64,000 bases of DNA from NCBI GenBank assembly GCA_964458085.1, contig CAYWFF010000001.1, positions 890-64,889 of the forward strand, written 5' to 3'. Of the stretch, positions 31,003-40,103 are shown in pieces (within the stretch, counting starts at the first letter, position 1; each line of letters starts with the position of its first letter). This DNA comes from an uncultured Gammaproteobacteria bacterium (GTDB taxonomy: Bacteria; Patescibacteriota; Microgenomatia; UBA8517). The notes under the pieces were generated by a model, which did not search any database, was not told the DNA's origin, and saw only the letters and a list, made by a program, of their open reading frames with translations. A program made the position numbers and the translations under genes.

Positions 31003-31478
31003 AGTAAGGAAAATGTTTCCAAAGCTTTGTGTTGGGTTGTCTCAAAATGAGTCTCAGGTCGTTTTTCCATAACCAAACTCATGGCCTCAGCAACACTCAT
31101 TTCTTTATAGCGAATAAGGTAAGCCGCAACAAGTGTCGGGCTTCTTCCATGGCCATTTCTGCAGTGAACGTAAATGATGTTCCCATTCTCAACCGCTTCG
31201 TGAATAAGTGTGGTTCCAATTCGAAGTTGATCCGGACTCGGCGCGTCACCATCAACAACAGGAAGCCAAGCATACATATCAATATCATCAGGTGGTGTTT
31301 CTTTTTTCTCGGCTGCCAGATTAATCTCCAAACAAACACCAAGTTTTTTAAATTCATCTGCGTGGAAGGTACACTCTCTTCCGGTACAGAAGTCCGACCC
31401 TACATAAATCTGTTCAGTTATTTGCGAATAGTCAAAAGTGTGTTCATCGTTTCTACCATGTGGTTCCGGCTTATCCAT
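30993..31478 (-). CDS. dual-specificity / Tyr protein phosphatase
   Basis: VHCRNGHGRSPTLVAAYLI = HCx5R(S/T) P-loop. Confidence 0.6.
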   Translation of the reverse strand: MDKPEPHGRNDEHTFDYSQITEQIYVGSDFCTGRECTFHADEFKKLGVCLEINLAAEKKETPPDDIDMYAWLPVVDGDAPSPDQLRIGTTLIHEAVENGNIIYVHCRNGHGRSPTLVAAYLIRYKEMSVAEAMSLVMEKRPETHFETTQHKALETFSLLWR

Positions 31479-31480
31479 AT

Positions 31481-32599
31481 TTACTTTGTTTGAAATGAAA
31501 GTGTTAAAGGATCTGTTGGAGCTTTTGACGAATCAAGAGTTCTACCTACCCTAATTACCTGTTCGACAAGCCGGTTTGCATAACCCCATTCATTATCATA
31601 CCAAGCAAAAACTTTCACCATATTTCCCGCAACCACTTGCGTTAAAGAAAGGTCAACTATTGTCGACTCGCTTCTGCCGATAATATCGCTTGATACTAAA
31701 GGTTCCTCAGAAACTGCAAGTATTCCCTTGTATAAGGGGTTTTCCGATGCTTCAGTAAAAGCTTGATTAACCAGTTCAGGAGTCACATTTTGTCTCAAAA
31801 GTAAAGTAAAGTCAGTAATTGACCCCGTTGCCGTTGGGACCCTTAGAGACATTCCGTCAAACAGCCCTTTAAGCTCAGGAATGGTTTCTGTCGTCGCAAT
31901 CGCAGCGCCGGTTGTGGTGGGAATGATATTTTCTGCTGCCGCCCGTGCACGCCGTAAATCCTTGTGGGAATTATCCTGCAAATTCTGATCATCGGTGTAG
32001 CTATGGACCGTGGTCATCATTGCTTTATCGATACCGAATTTAGCATGCATAACGGCAGCAACGGGTGCTACACAATTTGTGGTACAGGAAGCATTCGATA
32101 AAACATCAATTCCGTCTCCGTCACTGTCTCCTTTATATTCATTTACACTTAAAACGAAGGTGCCTACATTTCCTCCCTTTGAAGGTGCAGACAAAACAAC
32201 CCTTTTAGCTCCTCCCAAAGCATGTTTTTTAGCATCTTCTTCTTTGGTAAAGGCACCGGTTGCTTCAATTACCACGTTGGCTTCGTATTTACCCCAAGGT
32301 ATTTTTGCAGGGTCCCTCTGGGCAAGAACCGCTACCTGTTTTCCGTCTGCTTTCAAATACCCTATTAGGGGATCTTCATCGGTCGCTTCTTTTGCATCCT
32401 TCACTTTTTCCCACTTAACATCTTTTTCAAATTTCCGATACATTGTGTCATGGTTAACCAAGTATGCCCATCCATCCACATTCATGGATCCGGATGTATT
32501 TAAAACAGTAATATCTAATTCAGAAGTATGTTTCAGAATCCAAATTCGAAATGCTATCCGTCCTATTCGTCCAAAACCATTTATTCCCACTTTTATCAT
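31481..32599 (-). CDS. gap: glyceraldehyde-3-phosphate dehydrogenase
   Basis: MIKVGINGFGRIGR NAD motif, SNASCTTNCVAP catalytic Cys motif. Confidence 0.85.
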   Translation of the reverse strand: MIKVGINGFGRIGRIAFRIWILKHTSELDITVLNTSGSMNVDGWAYLVNHDTMYRKFEKDVKWEKVKDAKEATDEDPLIGYLKADGKQVAVLAQRDPAKIPWGKYEANVVIEATGAFTKEEDAKKHALGGAKRVVLSAPSKGGNVGTFVLSVNEYKGDSDGDGIDVLSNASCTTNCVAPVAAVMHAKFGIDKAMMTTVHSYTDDQNLQDNSHKDLRRARAAAENIIPTTTGAAIATTETIPELKGLFDGMSLRVPTATGSITDFTLLLRQNVTPELVNQAFTEASENPLYKGILAVSEEPLVSSDIIGRSESTIVDLSLTQVVAGNMVKVFAWYDNEWGYANRLVEQVIRVGRTLDSSKAPTDPLTLSFQTK

Positions 32600-32603
32600 A
32601 CTT

Positions 32604-32657
32604 TTAGCGTATACAATTTTATGCTTATTGACAATAGCATACGGTGCTTAGCGTATA
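32604..32657. promoter_or_regulatory. direct repeat TTAGCGTATA (x2, 44 bp apart) plus TTGACA/TATAAT-like hexamers in gap / glycosyltransferase divergent region
   Basis: TTAGCGTATA at 32604-32613 and 32648-32657; TTGACA 32628-32633 and TATAAT 32654-32659 (spacer 20 bp, too long for a canonical promoter). Confidence 0.3.
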
Positions 32658-32672
32658 ATCAAAAGAGCCGAA

Positions 32673-33788
32673 ATGGAAAAATCAGCAAAAAAAGTTCTAG
32701 TTCTCACCACCAAGTGGGGACATCTTAGTATTGCACGCGCAGTTTACGATGCTTTAGACAATTCATCCTGTCAAGCGGTGGTGGAACAAATTGCAGTTGA
32801 AAAACTGTCTGATCATTCGTATACCACTGTTTACCGCCTCTTCCCTCATATGTGGAAGGTCCCTTTTCGATTAGCGGAAAAGGAAAGAATCGGTAAGCTG
32901 ACTAAAAAGTATTTAAAACATACTTACCGAAAAAAAGTTGCCGAATTGATTAAGCTTCATGAACCAGACATTGTTATTAATACATATTTCGGATTAAACC
33001 CGGTGCTTGAAATGTATGCCGAGAAAGGATTGCCTGTATTTAACATCGTTGCCAATCCCAGAACGTTCAGTAAACTGGAATTAAGCAATAAACTTGTGAA
33101 TTTGCTGTTTGATAGCAAGGCAATAAAGGATGCCGTAAAACTGGGAATTGCAAAACAAAAGTGTGTTCAGGCTGGATGGTTTGTCCGAAAAGAATTTCAG
33201 GAGTCATATAACAAAATAGAAATTAGAAAATCCTTAAAAATGAACTCTGCCGTATTTACTGTTTGTATAGTTGGCGGAAGCGACGGCATTTACAGCATTC
33301 TGAAAGTTCTCCCTGCATTTATAAAATCTCCCGAACCTGTACAGGTGGTTTTTGTGGCCGGTAATAATACCCAACTTTTAAGGGCAGTCAATGGCTTTAA
33401 AAAACTGGCTGAATCTGAGACAAATCACAAAACAACACTTATTCCTATCGGCTTTACCCATGAGCTTGATTTATATTTAAAAGCATCGGATCTCGTCGTC
33501 GGAAAAGCCGGACCAAACCTTCTTTTTGAAACCGCAGCAACACACACTCCCTTCTTTGCAGTAACCCACATTACAGGCCAAGAAGACGGAAATTTAGAAA
33601 TATTAAAAAAATTAAAACTCGGGATAGTTGAGGAAAACCCGGTTAAAGCTGTTCGATTAATTCGCCACATTCTTAAAAAACCTAGTTACCTTAACCGGTT
33701 CACGAAATCCGTAGATAAAATGTCGTCTTACAATAAGTTAGCTGCAGCAAAACTTGTGAGTTTACTAGAGGAAGAAAGAGACAACTAA
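32673..33788 (+). CDS. glycosyltransferase (GT28-like: MurG / MGDG-synthase fold)
   Basis: GT-B-like two-domain layout; weak motif support. Confidence 0.4.
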   Translation: MEKSAKKVLVLTTKWGHLSIARAVYDALDNSSCQAVVEQIAVEKLSDHSYTTVYRLFPHMWKVPFRLAEKERIGKLTKKYLKHTYRKKVAELIKLHEPDIVINTYFGLNPVLEMYAEKGLPVFNIVANPRTFSKLELSNKLVNLLFDSKAIKDAVKLGIAKQKCVQAGWFVRKEFQESYNKIEIRKSLKMNSAVFTVCIVGGSDGIYSILKVLPAFIKSPEPVQVVFVAGNNTQLLRAVNGFKKLAESETNHKTTLIPIGFTHELDLYLKASDLVVGKAGPNLLFETAATHTPFFAVTHITGQEDGNLEILKKLKLGIVEENPVKAVRLIRHILKKPSYLNRFTKSVDKMSSYNKLAAAKLVSLLEEERDN

Positions 33789-33793
33789 TCTTT

Positions 33794-34810
33794 CTAATTG
33801 TTGTTTACTAAAGCTTCAATTCCCGGAAGTGCTTTGTGAGCCAGAAATTCAAGCATTGCACCTCCACCGACTGAAATCCAATCAAATTTTTCAGTCAACC
33901 TTAAAAGTTTTAACGCAGCTTCAGTGTCTCCACCTCCTGCCACTTTAAATGCTGATGAGCCAGCGACAGCCTTAAATACTCGTTCAGTTCCCTGCCTGTG
34001 ACCTTCTTCTTCAAACCTACCAATTGGTCCACCAACCACAATTGTCTGGGCGTTTTTAATAACTTCTTCAAATTTTTCAACTGAATGGAGCGTAATGTCT
34101 TCTTTGTCAGGCAGAAGTTTTGCAATCAACACTTTGTCATCATTTTCGTACAGCCCCTGAAATTCAATAATTTCAGGTAGTCTCCCAGCTACCAATATAG
34201 TGTCACTAAAGTTTTTAAAAGGCTCAATATATGCTAATTTATCTTCTTTTAGCCCACTAAGTATGATTATTACAGGACGCTTTGGATTATCAAATACTTT
34301 GCTCAAGTTTTCCACTTCTTGCACCATACGCGGACCAGCAGCATGAGGCAAAAGTTTAGGCAAACCGACTATAGACGCATGCTTCCGGTGAGAAATGCCA
34401 AATGCTTCGTTAACGTATAAATCTCCAAGTGAAGCCAGCTTTTGAGTAAACTGTTCATCGTTTAACACCTCCCCCGCCTCAAACCTCAAGTTTTCCAATA
34501 AGCAAATTCTTGCATCGGGCAGTGTTTCGGGAGTGACTTCAGTGACAAAAGATACTTGTTCTCCAACAAGATTAGTTAACATTGTTGCAACCGGTTCCAT
34601 ACTAAATTCCATATCTCTACCCTCAGGTCTTCCGCGGGTACCCAGAATAATAATTCTGTCTGGGTTTTTTGCCAGTATTGTTCGGACGGTATCGGCAAGC
34701 ACCTGGAGTCGTAAACTGTTTTCTGACTCAACGTCAGTATCTCCCCGAAGAAGTACTGGTTTGCCACTTAAATCAAGTGTTTCAATTCCTGGCAGATTCA
34801 TATTCGGCAA
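33794..34810 (-). CDS. pgk: phosphoglycerate kinase (compact)
   Basis: N-terminal LDLSGKPVLLRGD (cf. LDLxGKRVLxRVDFN), C-terminal GGGDT and GGGA hinge motifs; 338 aa. Confidence 0.7.
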   Translation of the reverse strand: MPNMNLPGIETLDLSGKPVLLRGDTDVESENSLRLQVLADTVRTILAKNPDRIIILGTRGRPEGRDMEFSMEPVATMLTNLVGEQVSFVTEVTPETLPDARICLLENLRFEAGEVLNDEQFTQKLASLGDLYVNEAFGISHRKHASIVGLPKLLPHAAGPRMVQEVENLSKVFDNPKRPVIIILSGLKEDKLAYIEPFKNFSDTILVAGRLPEIIEFQGLYENDDKVLIAKLLPDKEDITLHSVEKFEEVIKNAQTIVVGGPIGRFEEEGHRQGTERVFKAVAGSSAFKVAGGGDTEAALKLLRLTEKFDWISVGGGAMLEFLAHKALPGIEALVNNN

Positions 34811-35234
34811 CTTTTTCTAATCTTTGTATGTATTTATCTTCATTTGAAAATTTGGTAGTTAGAAATGTGTCCACGATCGCGTGCGCAACCTCCAAATTAA
34901 CATAATCAGCACCGAGCGCAAGTATATTTGCATTATTGTGTTCCCGAGCTTTTTTCGCCATTTCAACTGAAGTTGCAACCGCAGCCCTAATTCCTTTCAC
35001 TTTATTGGCAGCTATTGCTTCACCGTTTCCGGAACGACCTAAAACAATTCCAAGAGCCTTTTTATCTTTTGCTATCTTTTCGGCTAAAGGAATAACAAAG
35101 TCGGAATAGTCATCGTCTTTTACAAATTCTAAATTCCCCAGATCGCTGACGTCATACTTTTTCCCTTCCAAATATTTTTGTATGTTCTCTTTGAGAAACC
35201 ATCCCCCATGATCTGATGCCAGGTAAATTTTCAT
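34782..35234 (-). CDS. rpiB: ribose-5-phosphate isomerase B
   Basis: MKIYLASDHGG N-terminus, about 150 aa. Confidence 0.8.
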   Translation of the reverse strand: MKIYLASDHGGWFLKENIQKYLEGKKYDVSDLGNLEFVKDDDYSDFVIPLAEKIAKDKKALGIVLGRSGNGEAIAANKVKGIRAAVATSVEMAKKAREHNNANILALGADYVNLEVAHAIVDTFLTTKFSNEDKYIQRLEKVAEYESARN

Positions 35235-35314
35235 AAAATTAAAACGTCTCTAAAAAATCCGATAAACGTAGTCCATAATGTCATTAGTCGCCAGCTCCGA
35301 TTGCCTTAAATTAT

Positions 35315-35974
35315 TTATTTTTTAAATCCATTTATCAGTTCTCGAAGTTCTTTCTCGGGATCACCTGCTTTAACGATGCCCGTTGCTATTGCTATACCCT
35401 GAGCTCCAAGCTTTAAGCTGGTTGCAACATCCTCCACAGTGTGCACCCCAGCTCCCACTATAAGCGGAATATTGACCGCTTGTGCAATTGTTGCTGCTTT
35501 GACAATAACATCCGGCCTTGCGGTAGCAACGGAACGTGTAGTACTGCCCACCAATTCAGGTGGCTCATACGCAAGGTAGGTAGGTTTAAAACGAACAACT
35601 ACATCAAGTTCATCAGTATCAGCAGCAAATATAAGTGTTTCCAGCCCCACCTGTTTTGCTCTGGTTACTGCTTTAGATAAATCTTCAAACTGGAAGAATT
35701 TTTTCTCTGAGTGGTTTAAGAAAGTCCCCGAAGCACCATCCTCTTTTACTGCTTCTGCAATTACTGAACCGGTGTGTGCTCCGAATTCTACAGGGTCAAT
35801 ATGCTGTGCCCAAACTGTTTCTGACACGCTGCTGACTTCTTTGATGTCTCCTGACTGAACAACCGGAATTATGGGAATGCCGGTTTCTTCCGACACTTTG
35901 ACAAGAACTTGTGAAAGTTTAACTGCATCTTGTCCTGTCCCTTCGGGATAAGCTTTGAAATTAACAAATATCAT
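35315..35974 (-). CDS. tpiA: triosephosphate isomerase, short archaeal-type
   Basis: MIFVNFKAYPEGTG start (cf. archaeal MxIVNFKxY), 219 aa, flanked by glycolytic genes. Confidence 0.55.
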   Translation of the reverse strand: MIFVNFKAYPEGTGQDAVKLSQVLVKVSEETGIPIIPVVQSGDIKEVSSVSETVWAQHIDPVEFGAHTGSVIAEAVKEDGASGTFLNHSEKKFFQFEDLSKAVTRAKQVGLETLIFAADTDELDVVVRFKPTYLAYEPPELVGSTTRSVATARPDVIVKAATIAQAVNIPLIVGAGVHTVEDVATSLKLGAQGIAIATGIVKAGDPEKELRELINGFKK

Positions 35975-36225
35975 GGAGCCAATTTAAAAACGGTTTGCAA
36001 CTTACCCTTATCAAAACCTACTATTGTCTCTTTAGAACCGTCTTCTCTCTCGACGACAGTAAAAGGAACCCCCATAAATCCATGGGAGTCTGCCATCATC
36101 ACCTTTTGCGCATCCGGATCCTGATCGACTAATTTTTCTGTAAAAGGAATATTTTTACCGGTTAAATAGTCCATCATTAATTTACAGTAAGGACAGGTTG
36201 TTGTTGCAAAAACAGTAACTATCAT
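35971..36225 (-). CDS. glutaredoxin-like (NrdH-like) small redoxin
   Basis: TTCPYC CxxC motif, 84 aa thioredoxin fold size. Confidence 0.55.
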   Translation of the reverse strand: MIVTVFATTTCPYCKLMMDYLTGKNIPFTEKLVDQDPDAQKVMMADSHGFMGVPFTVVEREDGSKETIVGFDKGKLQTVFKLAP

Positions 36226-36237
36226 ATAGTTATTAAG

Positions 36238-36972
36238 TCATTGTATAGCGTAACCAAGGCGAAATGCAATTTCAAACATAAAAGCATTGACATATTTATA
36301 GGTATCAGTCAAAAGCAAAATACCCATTCCGATAAGTAATAACCCTGTTAAATTCTGTAAAATATGCAGCATTCTTTGTGACCTTATTTTTTTTGTAATA
36401 TGTATTACTCCCAAACTTGTAAGAATAAACGGAACAGACATTCCGAGTGCATAAAAAAACAACAATAAAGCACCGTTTAATACTGTCGCTTGTACTGCTG
36501 CAAGCGTAAATATAGCACCCAGGACCACCCCCACACAAGGCGACCAGGTAACAGCAAACAAAACTCCAAATAAAAATGCATGCCCGCGAAGTTTAGTTTT
36601 TAAGGGGTGGGGAATTAAGTTCCACTCTCCGGTAAGCCACGGAATTTTAATTATTCCTAACTGCTGAATTCCTAAAATCACAATAAATAATCCGCCCGCT
36701 TGTTGTAATGAACCCTGATACAAACGCAGTACGCTCCCCCAACTTGCAGCTGTTGCTCCCAAAATCACAAATACAGTAGTAAATCCGATAACAAAATTTG
36801 CTGTCAACCAAACAACTCTCAAATTAATTTTGCTTTTATTTACAGCCTTACTGGGTATAGCGTCTCCTGTGATAAAACTAATATATAAAGGTAGCAGCGG
36901 CACGACGCACGGAGCTAAAAATGATGTGATCCCTGCCACAAATGCAACCGGAAGAGAAATGTCAAACATCAT
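36238..36972 (-). CDS. ccdA: cytochrome c biogenesis / thiol-disulfide transporter CcdA (DsbD-like TM domain)
   Basis: LAPCVVPLLPLYISF and WSPCVG motifs with paired Cys in TM helices. Confidence 0.7.
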   Translation of the reverse strand: MMFDISLPVAFVAGITSFLAPCVVPLLPLYISFITGDAIPSKAVNKSKINLRVVWLTANFVIGFTTVFVILGATAASWGSVLRLYQGSLQQAGGLFIVILGIQQLGIIKIPWLTGEWNLIPHPLKTKLRGHAFLFGVLFAVTWSPCVGVVLGAIFTLAAVQATVLNGALLLFFYALGMSVPFILTSLGVIHITKKIRSQRMLHILQNLTGLLLIGMGILLLTDTYKYVNAFMFEIAFRLGYAIQ

Positions 36973-37004
36973 TTAAGTATACCCGAAGTTGTAATTTTAA
37001 AATA

Positions 37005-37559
37005 TCAGAATGAGCCTTGCAGCAAGATGTTTTGCGGTTTATTGTCCGGTGTTTTATCCCGGGACACTATTACCTGAGTAAAACCTGAAAGGTCGAGCGT
37101 GTTTTGATAGTCTACAATATACCCTCCCTTGGCAATCTGAAGAGTTCCCATATAGACAACTTCATACTCGTCCTGGTCTTCTGTTCCTCTTGTTAACCAA
37201 GCATGATATGGCTTCCCGTCTGCCGGGTCAGGCAAATCGGCAAGCACCGTACTATCAAAACGATTATTTTCATATTTTTTAGTAGCAATAGCAGAACCGT
37301 TTCCCCCTGACACATCTTTTAGTTCAGCTTTATCCACATTTTCAGGAAGAGTTACCCTGAATCTTTCCTGAATATTTTGTTCTATTCCCTGAACGAAAGG
37401 AGAGGGGCTCGGAGTCAGAGAATTTGATACCTGAATTTTGTTGTTATTTACCCGTTGCCAAAGATACCACCCTGCAGCACCCGCAACTACCAAAAGCACA
37501 ACTACTATGAGTATCCTTCTCACTAGGCAGAGAATATCATGCTCACAACATGGTGTCAA
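37005..37559 (-). CDS. hypothetical membrane-anchored protein
   Basis: single N-terminal TM. Confidence 0.4.
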   Translation of the reverse strand: MTPCCEHDILCLVRRILIVVVLLVVAGAAGWYLWQRVNNNKIQVSNSLTPSPSPFVQGIEQNIQERFRVTLPENVDKAELKDVSGGNGSAIATKKYENNRFDSTVLADLPDPADGKPYHAWLTRGTEDQDEYEVVYMGTLQIAKGGYIVDYQNTLDLSGFTQVIVSRDKTPDNKPQNILLQGSF

Positions 37560-37624
37560 TTCTGCTCAACCAAAAAAACACATACTGTATATTCCGCATA
37601 TTTACCGATTTTTTACCGCAAGCC

Positions 37625-37813
37625 TCAGCGAAGTTTCATATAAACACCAAAAAGTGCTAATACAGAAGCTACCAAAAGCCATTGTGTTGAGGCTAGCCAA
37701 ATATCGGTTCCCATATATCCGATTCCTGACAATACGACTGCAACAGCCGCACCTCCCATTAAAATTTGAGAAAAATTAGACATATCACCACCTGTTTCCT
37801 TCTTTTTTGCCAT
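37625..37813 (-). CDS. small membrane protein
   Basis: 62 aa, two hydrophobic helices. Confidence 0.3.
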   Translation of the reverse strand: MAKKKETGGDMSNFSQILMGGAAVAVVLSGIGYMGTDIWLASTQWLLVASVLALFGVYMKLR

Positions 37814-37842
37814 TTATATCACCTCCTTTACAAATACCCTTA

Positions 37843-38169
37843 TTAAGACTCGCTAGAGTGTTCCCACTTTTCTGCGTTTTCTAAAATATCACCTTTTTTA
37901 AAGAGTATTGCAGAAAGTACCTCTTCCCACTTTGGAAGTTTTCGTATTACCCATGCCAGGTCTATTGCAAAATGTTCCATTTCTTCTTCCTGTGCGTGGC
38001 GCATAATTTCTGCAACCTCCTTGTCTTTTGTTGCAGCAATCCGCTGTTCATACCATGAAATCGCTTCTGCTTCTTCTGTTAGGGAAGTTATAATCCGTGC
38101 AAAATCCCTGGTTTTGTCGTCCATTTCTTCCGCCGGTTCATGATACTGGTTAAATCCCATACTGCTCAC
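37843..38169 (-). CDS. ferritin-like / rubrerythrin-like domain protein
   Basis: acidic helical protein with EEEMEH and ExxH-like metal-site residues; adjacent to VIT1 gene. Confidence 0.45.
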   Translation of the reverse strand: MSSMGFNQYHEPAEEMDDKTRDFARIITSLTEEAEAISWYEQRIAATKDKEVAEIMRHAQEEEMEHFAIDLAWVIRKLPKWEEVLSAILFKKGDILENAEKWEHSSES

Positions 38170-38172
38170 CTC

Positions 38173-38700
38173 CTAGCTTAAGACATAAGTTTGTAAGAAA
38201 TATCCTAAAGAATATGATACAAACGACGCAAATCCGCCGACAAATAAAGTTTCAAAACCGCTATGGATTTTATTTTTTCCCGTGTAGTTTGCCCTAAGCA
38301 CTCCAACATAGAAAAGGGAGATCATAACGAAAATAAATGAGTACATGAATGTAGACGGAAAGTTAAAAATATATGGTACTAATGGTATAAGTCCTGCCGT
38401 ATTAAATGCCGCAAACATAATCGCACCATGTTTAAAAGGAGCGTTAGTCGGCTCATCCCCATCACCCGACTTTTCCTCATATTCCAATTCGCTTTTTACC
38501 CCCAAATAACTTCCTGAGGCCATTGAAATACTGTCTGCCAAAACATTTGCAAATCCTAAAATCAGAACAGTCGTATAAGGCAAGTGAGCACCTGCTGCTC
38601 CGGCAATAATTGCAAACGTTGTTACCAACCCGTCACTTGCAGCAAAAACAGCATCACCCAAAAGGGATGCGCGCTCATGGAGTTTTGAAAGTCTGGGCAT
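38173..38700 (-). CDS. VIT1/CCC1-family iron/manganese transporter
   Basis: AASDGLVTTFAIIAGAAGA signature, 5 TM. Confidence 0.6.
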   Translation of the reverse strand: MPRLSKLHERASLLGDAVFAASDGLVTTFAIIAGAAGAHLPYTTVLILGFANVLADSISMASGSYLGVKSELEYEEKSGDGDEPTNAPFKHGAIMFAAFNTAGLIPLVPYIFNFPSTFMYSFIFVMISLFYVGVLRANYTGKNKIHSGFETLFVGGFASFVSYSLGYFLQTYVLS

Positions 38701-38765
38701 TCATTCATCTTAGCTTTCAAATGTTCTACTTGTAAATAGCCTAAGGATTGTAATATGATGACTCA

Positions 38766-38899
38766 GGTTGTGTTCAAGGAATACGGTCAAATCCGTAGCT
38801 GTACCGCAACTGTAACCTTTCGATTTTCGAAGGGAAGCCAGAAAACTAACAACCGCTGCCAAATTTATATTGCTTTTGGCGTATCCCGAGTAGGAAAAT
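38766..38899 (+). ncRNA. cobalamin (B12) riboswitch, copy 1
   Basis: AAGGAAUACGGUCAAAUCCGUAGCUGUACCGCAACUGUAACC ... GGGAAGCCAG core matches the B12-element pattern (GGGAAg-ACGGUG-AAUCCg-AGCnG-CCGCnACUGUaA; GGGAAG box); conserved AUCCCGAGNAGGAA segment overlapping the RBS of 38900. Confidence 0.75.
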
Positions 38900-39340
38900 A
38901 TGAAAAAGATAATAATTATCCTTCTAGCACTCTCCTCTTTAGTTGTTGCTTTATTTGTATGGCAAAATCTCACCATAAAAAACTCCCCAGTCGGAACTAA
39001 TTCCCAAGTATCAAATATGCCCGATACTAATACTCTATCGGCTAGCGTCTTAATTGATTACGGAGACACCCAAAGCCCAGAGTACCCCCTTAACTTGGCT
39101 GAAACCACAAATGCTTTTGATGCGCTCCTGTTTGCGGCAGAAAAAGAAGGTAAAGAAATAAAAAGTACACAATATGATTTTGGGGTCTTTATTGAAACAG
39201 TCGGCAGTATGGAAAGCTCAGCCGAAAAAGCCTGGATTTATTTTGTGAATGGCAACTCCGGTCAAGTTGCAGCTGATCAATATGAATTAAATGAAGGCGA
39301 CAAGATAGAGTGGAAATTCATAGCACCCACGGACAATTAA
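38900..39340 (+). CDS. small secreted protein, possible B12-binding (DUF4430/transcobalamin-like) uptake component
   Basis: signal peptide + about 110-aa domain; directly downstream of cobalamin riboswitch 1. Confidence 0.4.
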   Translation: MKKIIIILLALSSLVVALFVWQNLTIKNSPVGTNSQVSNMPDTNTLSASVLIDYGDTQSPEYPLNLAETTNAFDALLFAAEKEGKEIKSTQYDFGVFIETVGSMESSAEKAWIYFVNGNSGQVAADQYELNEGDKIEWKFIAPTDN

Positions 39341-39347
39341 CTTAAAA

Positions 39348-39974
39348 ATGAAAAGATCCCAAACTTACACACCCTTTGCGAAACGCCTTGTAATTGGTCT
39401 TTTTGTTATTGCTTTTTTAGAACGAGTAATATTTGATCTGGGTGCGAATGTTGAACTTGTTACGGCTGCTTTCATACTTGGTAGTGCTTACTTGGGAAGA
39501 AATCAGGTTTTATGGTTAGTTTTGGTTCTTATGGTTTCCACAGACCTTTTACTGGGAAACACAAATATATTTCTTTTTACCTGGAGCGGTTTTCTCGTTC
39601 CGGCATTTTTTGCTGGAGGCTTAACTAAAAAACTTATGAGGTTTATCAAACACTCCAAAGTCCGCTTTCCCAATAAATTACTGAAGGGTATAGCACTCAC
39701 TTCCCTAGGATTAACTTCCAATCTCTTTTTCTTCTTTTGGACTAATTTTGGAGTATGGCTTTTGGACTCTTACGGCATGTATGCAAATGATTTCGAAGGG
39801 CTTATGCTTTGTCTTATAAACGGCCTGCCCTTCTTGCGCTCACAAATACTAAGTACTCTTATCTTTATTCCCGTTTTCGCTATAGCAGTAGAAATCTCCA
39901 CTCTTCCTGTCTTCAAACTATTGACCAATAAATTGCTGTTTTCCAATAATTTCAAAGTTCTGGTCAAAAATTAG
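39348..39974 (+). CDS. integral membrane protein, possible ECF-type S component for cobalamin (CbrT-like)
   Basis: 208 aa, about 6 TM; co-transcribed position after riboswitch-controlled secreted protein. Confidence 0.4.
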   Translation: MKRSQTYTPFAKRLVIGLFVIAFLERVIFDLGANVELVTAAFILGSAYLGRNQVLWLVLVLMVSTDLLLGNTNIFLFTWSGFLVPAFFAGGLTKKLMRFIKHSKVRFPNKLLKGIALTSLGLTSNLFFFFWTNFGVWLLDSYGMYANDFEGLMLCLINGLPFLRSQILSTLIFIPVFAIAVEISTLPVFKLLTNKLLFSNNFKVLVKN

Positions 39975-39977
39975 AGA

Positions 39978-40103
39978 GATTGTGTTTAAGGAACTACGGT
40001 GTAAATCCGTGACTGTGCCGCAACTGTAACCCTTCGATTTTCGAAGGGAAGTCAGAAAACTAACAATTCTCTTCGTATATAAGCAACCATCCCGAGCAGG
40101 AAC
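39978..40103 (+). ncRNA. cobalamin (B12) riboswitch, copy 2
   Basis: near-identical core to copy 1 (AAGGAACUACGGUGUAAAUCCGUGACUGUGCCGCAACUGUAACCC...GGGAAGUCAG) and the same AUCCCGAGCAGGAA segment before ATG at 40104. Confidence 0.75.

Noticed and set aside
32628-32659. Canonical sigma70 promoter (TTGACA-N-TATAAT)
   Set aside because: The hexamers are perfect, but the spacer is 20 bp, outside the functional 16-19 bp range. It is listed only as a weak candidate within the regulatory feature.
38710-39000. ORFs 38710-38976 (-), 38755-39000 (+) and 39918-40169 (-) whose translations share a repeated peptide (SFLxSLRKSKGYSCGTxTDL)
   Set aside because: The shared peptide is a by-product of translating the two cobalamin-riboswitch copies. 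The region is better explained as structured RNA.
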